A stretch of DNA of 62,687 nucleotides. It comes from Eubacteriales bacterium. Lineage in GTDB: Bacteria; Bacillota; Clostridia; Oscillospirales; CAG-272. Position numbers and translations under genes: made by a program. Below the pieces are notes generated by a model, which ran no database searches, was not told where the DNA came from, and saw nothing but the letters and a program-made list of their open reading frames with translations. Below are positions 26,087 to 35,655 of this stretch, in pieces; the first letter of the stretch is position 1; every line of letters begins with the position of its first letter. The DNA is taken from NCBI GenBank assembly GCA_045532975.1, contig JAZSGX010000067.1:1-62687 (forward strand), read 5' to 3'.

Positions 26087-27876
26087 TGAGCAAAAAAACC
26101 GAAAAGGTACCGTTCAAAAGAGCGGTTAAAAATAATATCTATATGCTGAGGCTTGCCTACAAGAGCGACAAGATGATGGTTATTATGCGTCTTGTTATGG
26201 GCTTTTTTACAGGCTTAAATCACGGTGTTGCTCTGTTTTTTACAAGTGAAATACTAAATGCTCTTGACAGGGGAGACTCCCTTAGCTACATATTTACAAT
26301 GACAGGCTTGATGGGTCTTTATACTCTTGCATATGAGCTTTATTTTGCTTGGTACTACAAGCTTTTAAATCCTTATCATAAGCTCAATTTTATAAGGCTT
26401 ATACATAAGAGCTTTTTCGTTAAGGCCAGCGATATTGACCTTGCCTGCTATGACACGCCCGAATTTTATAACGACTTTATATATTCAATGCAAAATTGCG
26501 ATAAGAGTATTGTGCGCACTGTTGACCAGCTTGCTGACTTGATACGCGCCGTTGTAGCTTCAGGCTCCGTCTTTGCCTTGATTATGAGCGTTGATTCGAT
26601 AATTGCCGTGATTATTCTCGGCTTTGCCGTGGTTGATATGGTAATTCGCTTTTTCCAAAACGGAATTTACTATAAGCACAATATAAAAATGAACGAGCTT
26701 TGGAGAAAAAGCTGGTACATTGAAAGGTTTTTCTCCCTGTCTGACTATGCAAAGGAAATAAGGTTGACTGACGTTAAGGAAAACATTTTGGCAGAGTATG
26801 AGGATACAATGCTTGCTCAAAGAAGGGCAGAAACAAGGCTGTGCGTGAAAACGAGCGCTATAAATGCATTAGCCGCTATTTTGAGCCACGGCTTGACTGT
26901 GTTTATTTTGCTATTTATGGGCTATCATTTAATGGTTACGGGAACGGTGCTGATAGGTGGATTTTCTGTTGCTATAACCGCGTCATGGAAATTGAAGTAT
27001 CTTTTGTACGATATACAAAGCAAGTTTGTTGAAATGAACAAGGATGCTCTTTACGCGGACAAGGTGAGGAGATTTTTGGAAACCGAATCGAAAATCAAGG
27101 GCGGTGAAAAGACCCTTGATGAGTTTGAAAGTCTTGAATTTAAAAACGTTTCCTTTGCCTACAAGGAAGAGAATGTCCTTGAAAACGTAAGCTTTAAGGT
27201 GGAAAAGGGCGAGAGAATTGCATTTGTTGGCTACAACGGAGCAGGAAAAACAACAACTACAAAGCTGATAATGCGCTTGTATGATGTGACCGAGGGTGAA
27301 ATTCTTATAAACGGAGTAAACATTAAGGAATATAACCTTGAAAGCTTGCGTGCTAAAATGGGTGCAGTATTCCAGGATTACAAGGTGTTTGCCGCAACCG
27401 TTGCGGAAAATGTGCTTGGAGATTTGTATGAGCCTGAGAAGGAAAATGTTGTTTTGCAAGCCTTAGAGGACTCCACCTTTGGAGAAAAGCTATCAAGCCT
27501 CGACAAGGGAATACACACGGAGCTGACCCGCGAGTTTTATAATGATGGAACAAATCTTTCGGGCGGCGAAAACCAAAAGATTGCCATTGCCCGTGTGTTT
27601 GCTCACAACAATGAGCTTATCATTATGGATGAGCCGTCAAGCGCTCTTGACCCCATAGCCGAATATAATCTTAACCTTGGCATTGACAAAAATGCAAGGG
27701 ATAAAACAGTTGTATTTATTACACACCGCCTGTCAACAACAAGACACGTAAACAAGATTTATATGTTTGAAAAGGGTAGAATTATAGAAGAAGGCTCTCA
27801 CGAGGATTTGATACGCAAGGGCGGAAAATATTGCCATATGTTTGAGCTTCAAGCATCAAAGTACAGAACGATATAA
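26086..27876 (+). CDS. ABC exporter, fused TMD-NBD (half-transporter 2)
   Basis: GYNGAGKTT, SGGENQKIA, IMDEPSSALD. Start overlaps the upstream stop. Confidence 0.85.
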   Translation: MSKKTEKVPFKRAVKNNIYMLRLAYKSDKMMVIMRLVMGFFTGLNHGVALFFTSEILNALDRGDSLSYIFTMTGLMGLYTLAYELYFAWYYKLLNPYHKLNFIRLIHKSFFVKASDIDLACYDTPEFYNDFIYSMQNCDKSIVRTVDQLADLIRAVVASGSVFALIMSVDSIIAVIILGFAVVDMVIRFFQNGIYYKHNIKMNELWRKSWYIERFFSLSDYAKEIRLTDVKENILAEYEDTMLAQRRAETRLCVKTSAINALAAILSHGLTVFILLFMGYHLMVTGTVLIGGFSVAITASWKLKYLLYDIQSKFVEMNKDALYADKVRRFLETESKIKGGEKTLDEFESLEFKNVSFAYKEENVLENVSFKVEKGERIAFVGYNGAGKTTTTKLIMRLYDVTEGEILINGVNIKEYNLESLRAKMGAVFQDYKVFAATVAENVLGDLYEPEKENVVLQALEDSTFGEKLSSLDKGIHTELTREFYNDGTNLSGGENQKIAIARVFAHNNELIIMDEPSSALDPIAEYNLNLGIDKNARDKTVVFITHRLSTTRHVNKIYMFEKGRIIEEGSHEDLIRKGGKYCHMFELQASKYRTI

Positions 27877-27878
27877 GC

Positions 27879-27911
27879 AAAAAGCCTTTTCCAAAAGGGA
27901 AAAGGCTTTTT
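27879..27911. terminator. Bidirectional terminator
   Basis: AAAAAGCCTTTTCC-aaaa-GGGAAAAGGCTTTTT between convergent genes. Confidence 0.8.
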
Positions 27912-27936
27912 GCGTGAGTATTTTTGAAATAGCATA

Positions 27937-29808
27937 TTACAGGAGTAGATCGTAGTAGTAAATTGGCATACTGCTCCAGCCGTGGCAAAGGCTACCGGCG
28001 TTATCGAAGGCAGTGGCTCCCTCGGCGGTTTCCCAAACTGTGCCCACTTCTATCATTGGCTCGTAGGCTTTGCGGATGTCGTTTAAAATGAAGTCCTTAT
28101 ACTTTTCTTTATTTGTTTTTATAAGGGCATCGTAGGAGTGGCATTTCATACTAAGGGAGCAGGGAATGGGGGTACCATTTGCGAGATGGTCACATATAGC
28201 TTCAGCCTCTGCATCTGAAACAATTTCAGACTTAACCGCCAAAGCGTTTACAAGCTCGGTATAATGTCCGTTTGTGTGGAAAAGACCTGACCCTGTGTCG
28301 AAAAATTCATCTTTAATTCTTGCTTTTAGCTCGGTTAGGACTTTGTCAAAATCAAAGTCAAGGCTACAAAGGCTGCAAATTTTTTTGTAATCTTCAAGTG
28401 CTAAAGCTGTAAGAATACTAATCGTTGCATCAGGGGATTTTTCCTCGCTACTGAACAACGCACCCTCGGCATAGGGTGACCAGTCGTAAAAATTCCAGTG
28501 GTTTTGACCTTGAAGCTTGCAAACAAGACCGCCTTCCATATTGGAAATAAAGGTGTTCAAAATTTCTTCGAGCTTTGGGTTGATTTGGTCTATAATGGTC
28601 GTGTCACCTGAATGCTCAATATATTCCTTTACCGAAACGATGTAGTAAAGAGAAAATGAGGGGATTGTTAAGTCGCTTCCACAGGGATAGCAGATTGACA
28701 TAAGACCATCGTCACGCCTGTCTTGGCTCATTAACAAAAGGTTGCTTTTTGCATAATCGTAGTTGCCGCCCGAAAAGGCACGGTAGCCACAGAGCATTTG
28801 ATTGCGGGAGTCGAAGGCATAGAGGCATTGCTCACGCCAAGGGCAATCAACGTAATGCTCCATCATAGACAAGCGCAGGGTGTTTAAGCAAATTTCGTAA
28901 ATTTGCCCGTCTATGCCGTGAATGTATGATTCTCTTGGAAAAACAGGGTAATATTGCGGTATTAAGCCGATGCTTTCAACATTAATTTCACCGTCAAAGG
29001 AAAGCTCTAAGTATCTGCACGCAAAACGGAGCATATAGTTTGTGTATGTGTTTTCTCCTGCATTTGCGGTATAATCAACGGAAAAATCGCGGTTGCCGAT
29101 TTTACGCTTAACGTGTCCGTTTTCAAGACATTCTCCGTAGGCGATGTTGATTTTTGTGGGCGAGCTGCATTTTATTTTGAGGGAGAGAAGCCCCACGTAT
29201 TCCCTGCCTAAGTCGTATAAATTCTTGCCGATTTTTGTGGCTTTTATCAAGTTGCCTAAGCAAAGCCTTTCGTTTGGACGGTTAACGAAGGTGCAATTTT
29301 TCGACACGGGGTAGGCTTTTTTCATATTTTCCCCTTGACCTAAAGCCCATAAATCCTCCTTTGTGGAGTCGTATGCGTAGCTAAAGCCGAGCTGAGAGGA
29401 AATCTCACGCTCAAAGCCGCTTTCATAGGCTTTACTTTGGCGACAAAGGGCTTCTTCGCTTGTGGCAAAAAGGATTTTTTTCCTGTCACAAATTTCGCAA
29501 ATAACGCCGGGTGCGTATTTTTTGTAGCGCTGAGAGTCCTTGCCGAAGTGCCACGCCAAAATGCCGATTTTGTTTATGCCGTCTGTAAGATACGGGGTTA
29601 GGTCAAGGGTGTCAACGGACTTGTAATGCTCAAAATCTCCGTATTGATTGCTTGACACGTAATTTCCGTTTATAAAAAGGGTATAATCTCCGTCAACGCT
29701 GATTTTTGCGGTGGCATTTTTTGTTTCGGGAAATTCCCCGTAAAATTCGCCAAAGCTGTTTTGTGTGCCTTGTGTATCATACCAAATCCATTTAGCTTTT
29801 TTAAACAT
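27937..29808 (-). CDS. GH78-like (alpha-L-rhamnosidase-like) six-hairpin glycosidase
   Basis: The N-terminal KAKWIW motif and size/pattern resemble short GH78 proteins. No signal peptide. Assignment is tentative. Confidence 0.45.
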   Translation of the reverse strand: MFKKAKWIWYDTQGTQNSFGEFYGEFPETKNATAKISVDGDYTLFINGNYVSSNQYGDFEHYKSVDTLDLTPYLTDGINKIGILAWHFGKDSQRYKKYAPGVICEICDRKKILFATSEEALCRQSKAYESGFEREISSQLGFSYAYDSTKEDLWALGQGENMKKAYPVSKNCTFVNRPNERLCLGNLIKATKIGKNLYDLGREYVGLLSLKIKCSSPTKINIAYGECLENGHVKRKIGNRDFSVDYTANAGENTYTNYMLRFACRYLELSFDGEINVESIGLIPQYYPVFPRESYIHGIDGQIYEICLNTLRLSMMEHYVDCPWREQCLYAFDSRNQMLCGYRAFSGGNYDYAKSNLLLMSQDRRDDGLMSICYPCGSDLTIPSFSLYYIVSVKEYIEHSGDTTIIDQINPKLEEILNTFISNMEGGLVCKLQGQNHWNFYDWSPYAEGALFSSEEKSPDATISILTALALEDYKKICSLCSLDFDFDKVLTELKARIKDEFFDTGSGLFHTNGHYTELVNALAVKSEIVSDAEAEAICDHLANGTPIPCSLSMKCHSYDALIKTNKEKYKDFILNDIRKAYEPMIEVGTVWETAEGATAFDNAGSLCHGWSSMPIYYYDLLL

Positions 29809-29892
29809 AGGTCGCTCCTCTCTGCTAGTAAAATAATTTTAGCACAAAGAGACGGAAAAAGCAATACGATTAGTTATAATGTGAGTGTTGGC

Positions 29893-29918
29893 GGGACGCC
29901 GAGGGCGTCGTCCCCTAC
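29893..29918. repeat. GC-rich REP-like hairpin, copy 2
   Basis: GGGACGCCGAGGGCGTCGTCCCCTAC matches 11639-11664 at 25 of 26 positions. Confidence 0.7.
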
Positions 29919-29961
29919 GAGAAAAAATAATGCTTGGTGCAAAATGCGGTGGGGGAGAACG

Positions 29962-29989
29962 AAAAAAGGCGACGTGTGTCGCCTTTTTT
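29962..29989. terminator. Terminator after the SNF transporter gene
   Basis: AAAAAAGGCGAC-gtgt-GTCGCCTTTTTT. Confidence 0.85.
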
Positions 29990-29996
29990 GATGTTG

Positions 29997-31382
29997 TTAT
30001 ATGAATGGTGAAATTATACCGTAAACTAAAATGACGGAGATAATAAGGGGTAGGATGTATGCAAAGTAAATGCGCATCCAATTTTTAACCTTGAAGCCCT
30101 TGCCCTCGTTGGCTTCTGCTTGGAATTTTTTGAAGCCCCAGCCGAATTTGTGGTTGCAGAACAGAACTACTACAAGTGAGCCTAAGGGTAGCAAAATGTT
30201 GCTGACAATATAGTCCTCAAGGTCTAAGACTCCTGTGCCGTTTCCAAGTGGGGTAAAGCCTGCCCAAGCGTTAAAGCCGAGGACACAGGGGATTGAGAGG
30301 ACGAAAAGACCGATGCCGCAAATGATACAAGCACGCTTCTTGCTCCAGCCTGTTAGCTCCTGTACACAGGACAAAATGTTTTGGAATACTGCAAAAATCG
30401 TGGAAAGGGCAGCAAAGGACATAAACAGGAAGAATAGCGCGCCCCAAACCATACCGCCGGACATATTAATAAATATGTTTGGCAACGTAACAAAAATAAG
30501 GTTGGGTCCTGCCGCCGCAGTTATATCGGCGCCGCCCATATAGGTAAAGAAGGCAGGGAAGATAATAAGACCCGAAACGATAGCCACAAAGGTATCAAGG
30601 GCGGCAATAGTTACGCTTTCTCCTAAGAGTGAGCGTTCCTTACCGATAAAGCTACCGAAGATAGCCATTGAGCCGATACCTAAGCTAAGGGTGAAGAAGG
30701 CTTGGTTCATAGCCTCCACTATAACCGTGAAAATACCAACCTGACTAACCTTGTCGAAATCGGGGAGAAGATAGAATTCAAGGCCCTTGCCGGCACCATC
30801 GAGAGTGAAGGAGTTGACAGCTAAAATTATGATTAAGCCAAGTAAGGCAAGCATCATATATTTTGTGATTTTTTCAAGACCCTTTTGCATATTGAAGGAG
30901 CAAACCACAAAGCCGAGAATAACGACAACCGCCACAAAGAAAATAAGTGTCCAAGGCTCTGAGAGCATTTCCCCAAAGATAGCGCCAACCTGTGCTGACG
31001 TTGTAACATCCGAGAATTTGCCCGTTATCATATAAAAGAAATACTGTATCATCCAACCGCTGACGGATGTGTAGAACATCATAAGCAAAATACAGCCGAT
31101 AAGGGAAGCGTAGCCGTGGGCGCGCCATTTTTTGTCCTCAGGCTTTAGCTTGTGATAAATTTTAACAGGGCTTGCTTGTGCGGCGCGACCCATAGAGAAT
31201 TCCATACACATAACGGGAATACCCATTATGGCTAAGAAGATAAGGTAAATAAGCACGAAAAAGCCACCGCCGTTTTTTGCGGCAACGTAAGGAAAGCGCC
31301 ACACGTTACCAATGCCGATGGCACACCCTGCGCTGATTAAAATAAAGCCTAAGCGGCTGCCTAATTTTTCACGTTTTTCCAT
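29997..31382 (-). CDS. Sodium-dependent transporter, neurotransmitter:sodium symporter (SNF) family
   Basis: SRLGFILISAGCAIGIGNVWRFPY signature. 12 TM segments. Confidence 0.88.
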   Translation of the reverse strand: MEKREKLGSRLGFILISAGCAIGIGNVWRFPYVAAKNGGGFFVLIYLIFLAIMGIPVMCMEFSMGRAAQASPVKIYHKLKPEDKKWRAHGYASLIGCILLMMFYTSVSGWMIQYFFYMITGKFSDVTTSAQVGAIFGEMLSEPWTLIFFVAVVVILGFVVCSFNMQKGLEKITKYMMLALLGLIIILAVNSFTLDGAGKGLEFYLLPDFDKVSQVGIFTVIVEAMNQAFFTLSLGIGSMAIFGSFIGKERSLLGESVTIAALDTFVAIVSGLIIFPAFFTYMGGADITAAAGPNLIFVTLPNIFINMSGGMVWGALFFLFMSFAALSTIFAVFQNILSCVQELTGWSKKRACIICGIGLFVLSIPCVLGFNAWAGFTPLGNGTGVLDLEDYIVSNILLPLGSLVVVLFCNHKFGWGFKKFQAEANEGKGFKVKNWMRIYFAYILPLIISVILVYGIISPFI

Positions 31383-31474
31383 TTTAAAATTCCTTTGCTT
31401 TTAAAAACGGGCGAACAATGTTCGCCCTGATTATTGTGCGTTTGAGAACACAGGTTTCGTGTTATGACAAATAA

Positions 31475-31708
31475 TTACGCGTTAGCCTTCAACCATTCCT
31501 CAGCGGACTTTTTAGACATACGCTTAATGTTTTCCTTTGGGTGGATTGAGCTTTCACCACCGTTTTCGTAGAGAAAGTATGAGCCGTCCTCAGTTATGTA
31601 AAGTGTTTCCTCGTAACCGTTTGGGTCACCGAAAATGCCTGAGGTTACCTTTTTTACAATTTCTGACGCTTCTGTATCGTATAATTTTTTACAAATGATT
31701 TTCTGCAT
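31475..31708 (-). CDS. Hypothetical 77-aa protein
   Basis: AAGGAG RBS before MQKIICKK. A TTGACA-17-TATCAT promoter lies upstream. No family recognised. Confidence 0.5.
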   Translation of the reverse strand: MQKIICKKLYDTEASEIVKKVTSGIFGDPNGYEETLYITEDGSYFLYENGGESSIHPKENIKRMSKKSAEEWLKANA

Positions 31709-31792
31709 AATAAAATTCTCCTTTTTTGTTATTGCTAAAATGATAACATAAAATTCAGCTCTTGTCAACGAGTATATTTTGTCAAAACTTCG

Positions 31793-32515
31793 TTAATTTA
31801 GGCTTTCTGCTATAATTTCCGCTTCTACGTTAATTCTGCCATCCTCGTGGACACTGCGCATATAATATTTTCCGTCGGTTTTGCCAAGGTATAGCTTTAA
31901 ATAATCTCCCACCTTTGCTTCGCTCAAGTAGGAAATGGCAAAGGATTTGATAAGCTTGTTTTCAGGATTTGGCAATGCGTTTATGAGCATATTCGGGTAG
32001 TTTGTATTGTTCATATGCTTGTTTACGTCGGTATCTGAATAGCGCACCGTATGTTCGCCCACCAAGGAAAGAGGAAGCTCACTTGGAATTCTGAACTTAA
32101 CGGGATTTTCCATCTCTATCGGCTTGTCAATGGAATAATTAAGAGAAATGTCGCTACTGCGCACAGGTCTTTTTTCACGGGTGTCGATAAGCGCCCAAAT
32201 GGAGTTTGCCTCGCAAATCAACTCCTCACCGCGCATAATGGAGTATGAACGGGGGAAGGAATAGCCGCGTGGCTCACAGCCCCAGGTGCTGACTGTGATT
32301 TCGTCACCGAAGGTAAGGGTTTCATACATTTCAACCCTCATACCGTAAATTACAAATGCCTTGTGCTGGTTTAAAAGCTCACCATACGAGGGACGCTCAG
32401 CCTTCATTTGGTTCATTGCGGTTTCCTGCAAAAGCTTAAATATGTAAGAGGGGCTGACAAGCTCGTTTGCATCAGTATCGTGATAACGGACGGTATAATT
32501 TGTTGACCACTTCAT
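31793..32515 (-). CDS. Acyl-ACP thioesterase
   Basis: Double hot-dog pattern: YTVRYHDTD and, 180 aa later, HTVRYSDTDVNKHMNN. Start at MKWSTNY after AAGAGG. Confidence 0.75.
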   Translation of the reverse strand: MKWSTNYTVRYHDTDANELVSPSYIFKLLQETAMNQMKAERPSYGELLNQHKAFVIYGMRVEMYETLTFGDEITVSTWGCEPRGYSFPRSYSIMRGEELICEANSIWALIDTREKRPVRSSDISLNYSIDKPIEMENPVKFRIPSELPLSLVGEHTVRYSDTDVNKHMNNTNYPNMLINALPNPENKLIKSFAISYLSEAKVGDYLKLYLGKTDGKYYMRSVHEDGRINVEAEIIAESLN

Positions 32516-32729
32516 AGAATACCTCTTTGATGATTTGTTAACAAGGTTCATTATATCACAGGCAGAGGTGGTTTTCAAGGTCTTTAAAAAAGGTGGTGTT
32601 TAAAATTGTGCAATTTTAACAAAAATGGCGGGCGAAATACCTTATTTGTTGAAAGGGCTTGACAAAACAAGGCGAATATGTTAACATAAACTGTCTATAT
32701 AATATAAAAGTCCTATAAGGAGAAAAGAA

Positions 32730-34175
32730 ATGAAAAAGAGAATTGTATTAGTTGCTTCTTTGGTTTTCGTTATTTGTTGCCTTTTCGCTATTTCGGCAAA
32801 TGCTGCCGTTTGTGCGGACGGTTGCACAGATAATTGGACGTTGACCTATGATGCCAACGGTTATCTCGGTACTGTTTCGGCTGAAAACCAATGCTCTACT
32901 TGTGGCACTGTTATTGAGAAAAAGAGCATTGAGCCAATGTTTGTTACCACAGGCTATTCCTACAATGAGGGAAATGGCGGTATCATACAGCAGTTTGCTG
33001 TGAATGAGGCATCTATTGAAGCTTTTGAGGAAATCACAGGCAAGAGTGTACAGTTCGGTGCTGTTATTGCTTCGGGTGCGGTATTGGAGGAAATCGGTAC
33101 AAGCCTTATTGATGCAAACGGTAACAGTGTTGACGAAAGAGTTTTTTCAGCTAACATTTCAAAGACGGAATGTGTTGTTTTTGACGTTATGATTAACAAC
33201 ATTCCCGAGGATGCTCGCTCAAGCGTTAGTCTTGTTTGCGGTGCGTTCATTATCGTCGGAGGCGAGGTTTCCTATATCGACAATGGTAAGGTTAGCGAAA
33301 ATGCGGTTGCTAATACCTATGACGAGGTAGTAGAAATTGTAACCAACCCTGGAACGGACGTTAAGAAGTCACTTAAGGTTCTCACCATCGGTAACAGCTT
33401 CTCGGATGACTCTATGGAGTACGTTTACAATATAGCTAAGGCGGCAGGCGTTGAATATGTTGAGCTTGGTAATGTTCGCCGTAGCAACGGTTCCTTGGCA
33501 AACCACATTGCTGACTTTAATTCAACGACTAAGAATTACGCATACAGACATTGGGCAGACGGTGCTACCGGTTGGGACCATAACTGGGACGCAAACTCAA
33601 CTCTTAAGGCTGTTCTTGAAAAGGGCACTGATTGGGATTACGTTGTGTTCCAGCAGGTAAGCACAGATTCCGGCAATGCTAACACTTACGACGATTTGAA
33701 TACTCTTATGGATTTGGTAAGACCCTACTGTCCTAACGCTAAGTTCGCTTGGCTTATGACTTGGTCATACAGAGCTGATTATGCATACTTAGAACCTACA
33801 TACGCGCAAATTGTATCCGCTGTTAACGAAAAGATTGTTACAAACGAAAATATTGACGTTATTATTCCTTGCGGTACTGCTATTGAAAATGCTAAATTGA
33901 GCGGTCAGTTCACTGATGTTCAGCTTCAAAGAGATTCTAAGCACTTGAACTACGGTATGGGTAGATATATTGCAAGTCTTACCTTCTTTAAGGCGCTGAC
34001 CGGATTGGATATTGATGATATGAATTATCCTACAAAGGATACAGAGGGACATACAGCTACCTCGGGAAGCAATGCAAACTATCAAGCAAGCTTTAAGTTT
34101 ACAGATGCGCTCAATGAGGTTTGTATCGAGTGTGCAAACAACGCTATTGAAACACCCTTCGCTACAACAAAGTAA
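32730..34175 (+). CDS. Secreted protein: N-terminal Cys-motif plus 'GYS' domain fused to an SGNH/GDSL-like esterase domain (paralog 3)
   Basis: Signal peptide, then CSTCG...PMFVTTGYS...QFGAVIASG, then LKVLTIGNSFSDDS (SGNH block I). Confidence 0.75.
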   Translation: MKKRIVLVASLVFVICCLFAISANAAVCADGCTDNWTLTYDANGYLGTVSAENQCSTCGTVIEKKSIEPMFVTTGYSYNEGNGGIIQQFAVNEASIEAFEEITGKSVQFGAVIASGAVLEEIGTSLIDANGNSVDERVFSANISKTECVVFDVMINNIPEDARSSVSLVCGAFIIVGGEVSYIDNGKVSENAVANTYDEVVEIVTNPGTDVKKSLKVLTIGNSFSDDSMEYVYNIAKAAGVEYVELGNVRRSNGSLANHIADFNSTTKNYAYRHWADGATGWDHNWDANSTLKAVLEKGTDWDYVVFQQVSTDSGNANTYDDLNTLMDLVRPYCPNAKFAWLMTWSYRADYAYLEPTYAQIVSAVNEKIVTNENIDVIIPCGTAIENAKLSGQFTDVQLQRDSKHLNYGMGRYIASLTFFKALTGLDIDDMNYPTKDTEGHTATSGSNANYQASFKFTDALNEVCIECANNAIETPFATTK

Positions 34176-34192
34176 TAAGGAGGTAGATAACA

Positions 34193-34360
34193 ATGATAAA
34201 GTATGTAAAGCCAACCTATGAAACGGAAGGCGTAGATGTAAATGACGTTATTTTAGCCTCCCCTGTAATGGACCTTGTTGGAGAGGGCACTCTCGGTAAT
34301 ATAACCGGCCCTAAGGCGCAGGTGTCTATGGATTACAGCGCGCTTTTCGGTAACAGATAA
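34193..34360 (+). CDS. 55-aa peptide, MKYVTPKYE family (second member)
   Basis: Not in the ORF track. AAGGAGG RBS. Starts 17 nt after the stop of paralog 3. MIKYVKPTYE...NDVILAS parallels MKYVTPKYE...EDIITAS at 9613-9768. Confidence 0.6.
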   Translation: MIKYVKPTYETEGVDVNDVILASPVMDLVGEGTLGNITGPKAQVSMDYSALFGNR

Positions 34361-34371
34361 AAATCAAAATG

Positions 34372-34411
34372 AAAAGAGCCTTTGCGAGAAAAAACGCAAA
34401 GGCTCTATTTT
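34372..34411. terminator. Bidirectional terminator
   Basis: AAAAGAGCCTTTGCG-agaaaaaa-CGCAAAGGCTCT plus ATTTT. Confidence 0.8.
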
Positions 34412-34847
34412 AGTTAACGGTTGGCAAGTCGGCAGATGCAACTAAGGTGGCGGGAATGGGGGAGGGATGGATTTCGGTATTCTTTGGTGGCTCTGTCCGT
34501 CCGGCGGAAAGACCGAAGGAAACGAAAAGCGCTTCGTTTACGCTTCCCATTGCTCCCTCGTCCAAGTGACCCATTTTTTCCTTTAGACGCACCTTGTCTA
34601 TGGTGCGGATTTGCTCCAAGAGAATGACGGAATCCTTTAAGAGTCCTACCTGTGAGGCGGTGACGTCAATATGGGTTGGCAGCTTTGCCTTTGACATTTT
34701 GCTTGTAATGGCGGCGGCAATTACTGTGGGACTGTATTTGTTGCCCACGTCGTTTTGCACAATCAAAACAGGGCGAAGTCCCCCTTGCTCCGACCCCACC
34801 ACAGGGCTTAAATCTGCATAATATATATCTCCTCGTCTGATATTCAA
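34410..34847 (-). CDS. mazF: MazF/PemK/EndoA-family endoribonuclease toxin with about 30-aa C-terminal extension
   Basis: [30 protein letters not shown] and [10 protein letters not shown] are MazF/EndoA hallmarks. TTG start after AGGAGTGA. Own TATAAT promoter. Confidence 0.85.
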   Translation of the reverse strand: MNIRRGDIYYADLSPVVGSEQGGLRPVLIVQNDVGNKYSPTVIAAAITSKMSKAKLPTHIDVTASQVGLLKDSVILLEQIRTIDKVRLKEKMGHLDEGAMGSVNEALFVSFGLSAGRTEPPKNTEIHPSPIPATLVASADLPTVN

Positions 34848-35113
34848 GGCTTTATCACTCCTAATTTTTTTATCTTTGACTTAATTATAGCCAAGCTTTT
34901 TAAATTTAAACGTCCTTGATAACATTTTATGCAGAAAAATAAAAAATGCAAAAAGAAGCTAAGGGATAGGGGTGTACTCTAATGGACAGTTTTGAGATAC
35001 GGCAGACTTTGGCAACGGCTCGTTTTATTCAGCTGCTATATACCGTTGTTCATTTGGTGTGTTATATAACTGATTTCAATTTTCGGGAAACATTGAAGCG
35101 CCACACAGCAAAG

Positions 35114-35180
35114 CCTCCCTTTACACAAGGGAGCCCTTTTAATGTTCATCTATGTCCTGTCAATTTTCCTGATAAGCACT
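35114..35180 (+). repeat. Direct repeat, left copy (about 68 bp)
   Basis: CCTCCCTTtacacAAGGGAG hairpin plus TTTTAATGTTCATCTATG core. Repeated at 35656-35723. Confidence 0.65.
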
Positions 35181-35233
35181 GACTTCATTAAAGACACAAA
35201 AGCAATATATTTTTGTCAAATTCTCATGCGTCG

Positions 35234-35262
35234 TTGACAAATCGAGTAAAATATGGTATAAT
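35234..35262 (+). promoter_or_regulatory. Sigma-A promoter (extended -10)
   Basis: TTGACA, 17 nt, TGgTATAAT. Confidence 0.65.
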
Positions 35263-35268
35263 GTTCAC

Positions 35269-35367
35269 GCTACACAAACTGCATATTTTACTCTGATACG
35301 GGAAAATACTTTGGTAAAAAGTGTTTTCTCTCTTTTCTCATACCGTATCGGAGAGAGTTTGTGTAGC
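35269..35367 (+). promoter_or_regulatory. 99-nt three-tier hairpin leader of unknown class
   Basis: GCTACACAAACT/AGTTTGTGTAGC closing stem, CTCTGATACGG/CCGTATCGGAGAG middle stem, GAAAATACTT/AAGTGTTTTC apical stem. Confidence 0.5.
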
Positions 35368-35441
35368 AACATTCGAGGGGAAGCATTTTTTCGGTGCATT
35401 CCTTCGGGGGTGCACTTTTTTATATGCGGATAGGGGAATGT

Positions 35442-35639
35442 ATGAGTCAAGATATTTTCAAAAAGGTAATAGATATTATCGGCATAGAACTTATGCCCGG
35501 AGAACCTGCCGTTTGTCTTGGTAACGGTGAGCAAGGCTTTGAATGTTGTTGCGACGAGTGTGACTACTATTTGCGTTGTTTTCCCGAATTTGATTCAAAA
35601 ATAAAAGAATTAACAAAAAACCCCCACACACTGCTATGA
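35442..35639 (+). CDS. 65-aa Cys-rich protein (C-x9-CCC-x2-C-x5-C)
   Basis: MSQDIFKK...CLGNGEQGFECCCDECDYYLRCF. Weak RBS AGGGGA. No family recognised. Confidence 0.45.
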   Translation: MSQDIFKKVIDIIGIELMPGEPAVCLGNGEQGFECCCDECDYYLRCFPEFDSKIKELTKNPHTLL

Positions 35640-35655
35640 CAAAGGTAGAAAAAGA

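Noticed and set aside
31383-31474. Hairpin CAGGGCGAACATTGTTCGCCC plus TTTTT only about 25 nt upstream of the SNF transporter start, considered as an attenuator or riboswitch
   Set aside because: I could see no alternative antiterminator pairing or conserved aptamer. It is most simply a partial intercistronic terminator between the 77-aa ORF and the transporter.
34982-35534. Track ORFs 34982-35182, 35265-35534 (minus strand) and 35321-35524
   Set aside because: They overlap the direct repeat and the long hairpin leader. Only the downstream frame from 35442 has an RBS-like sequence and a distinctive Cys pattern.
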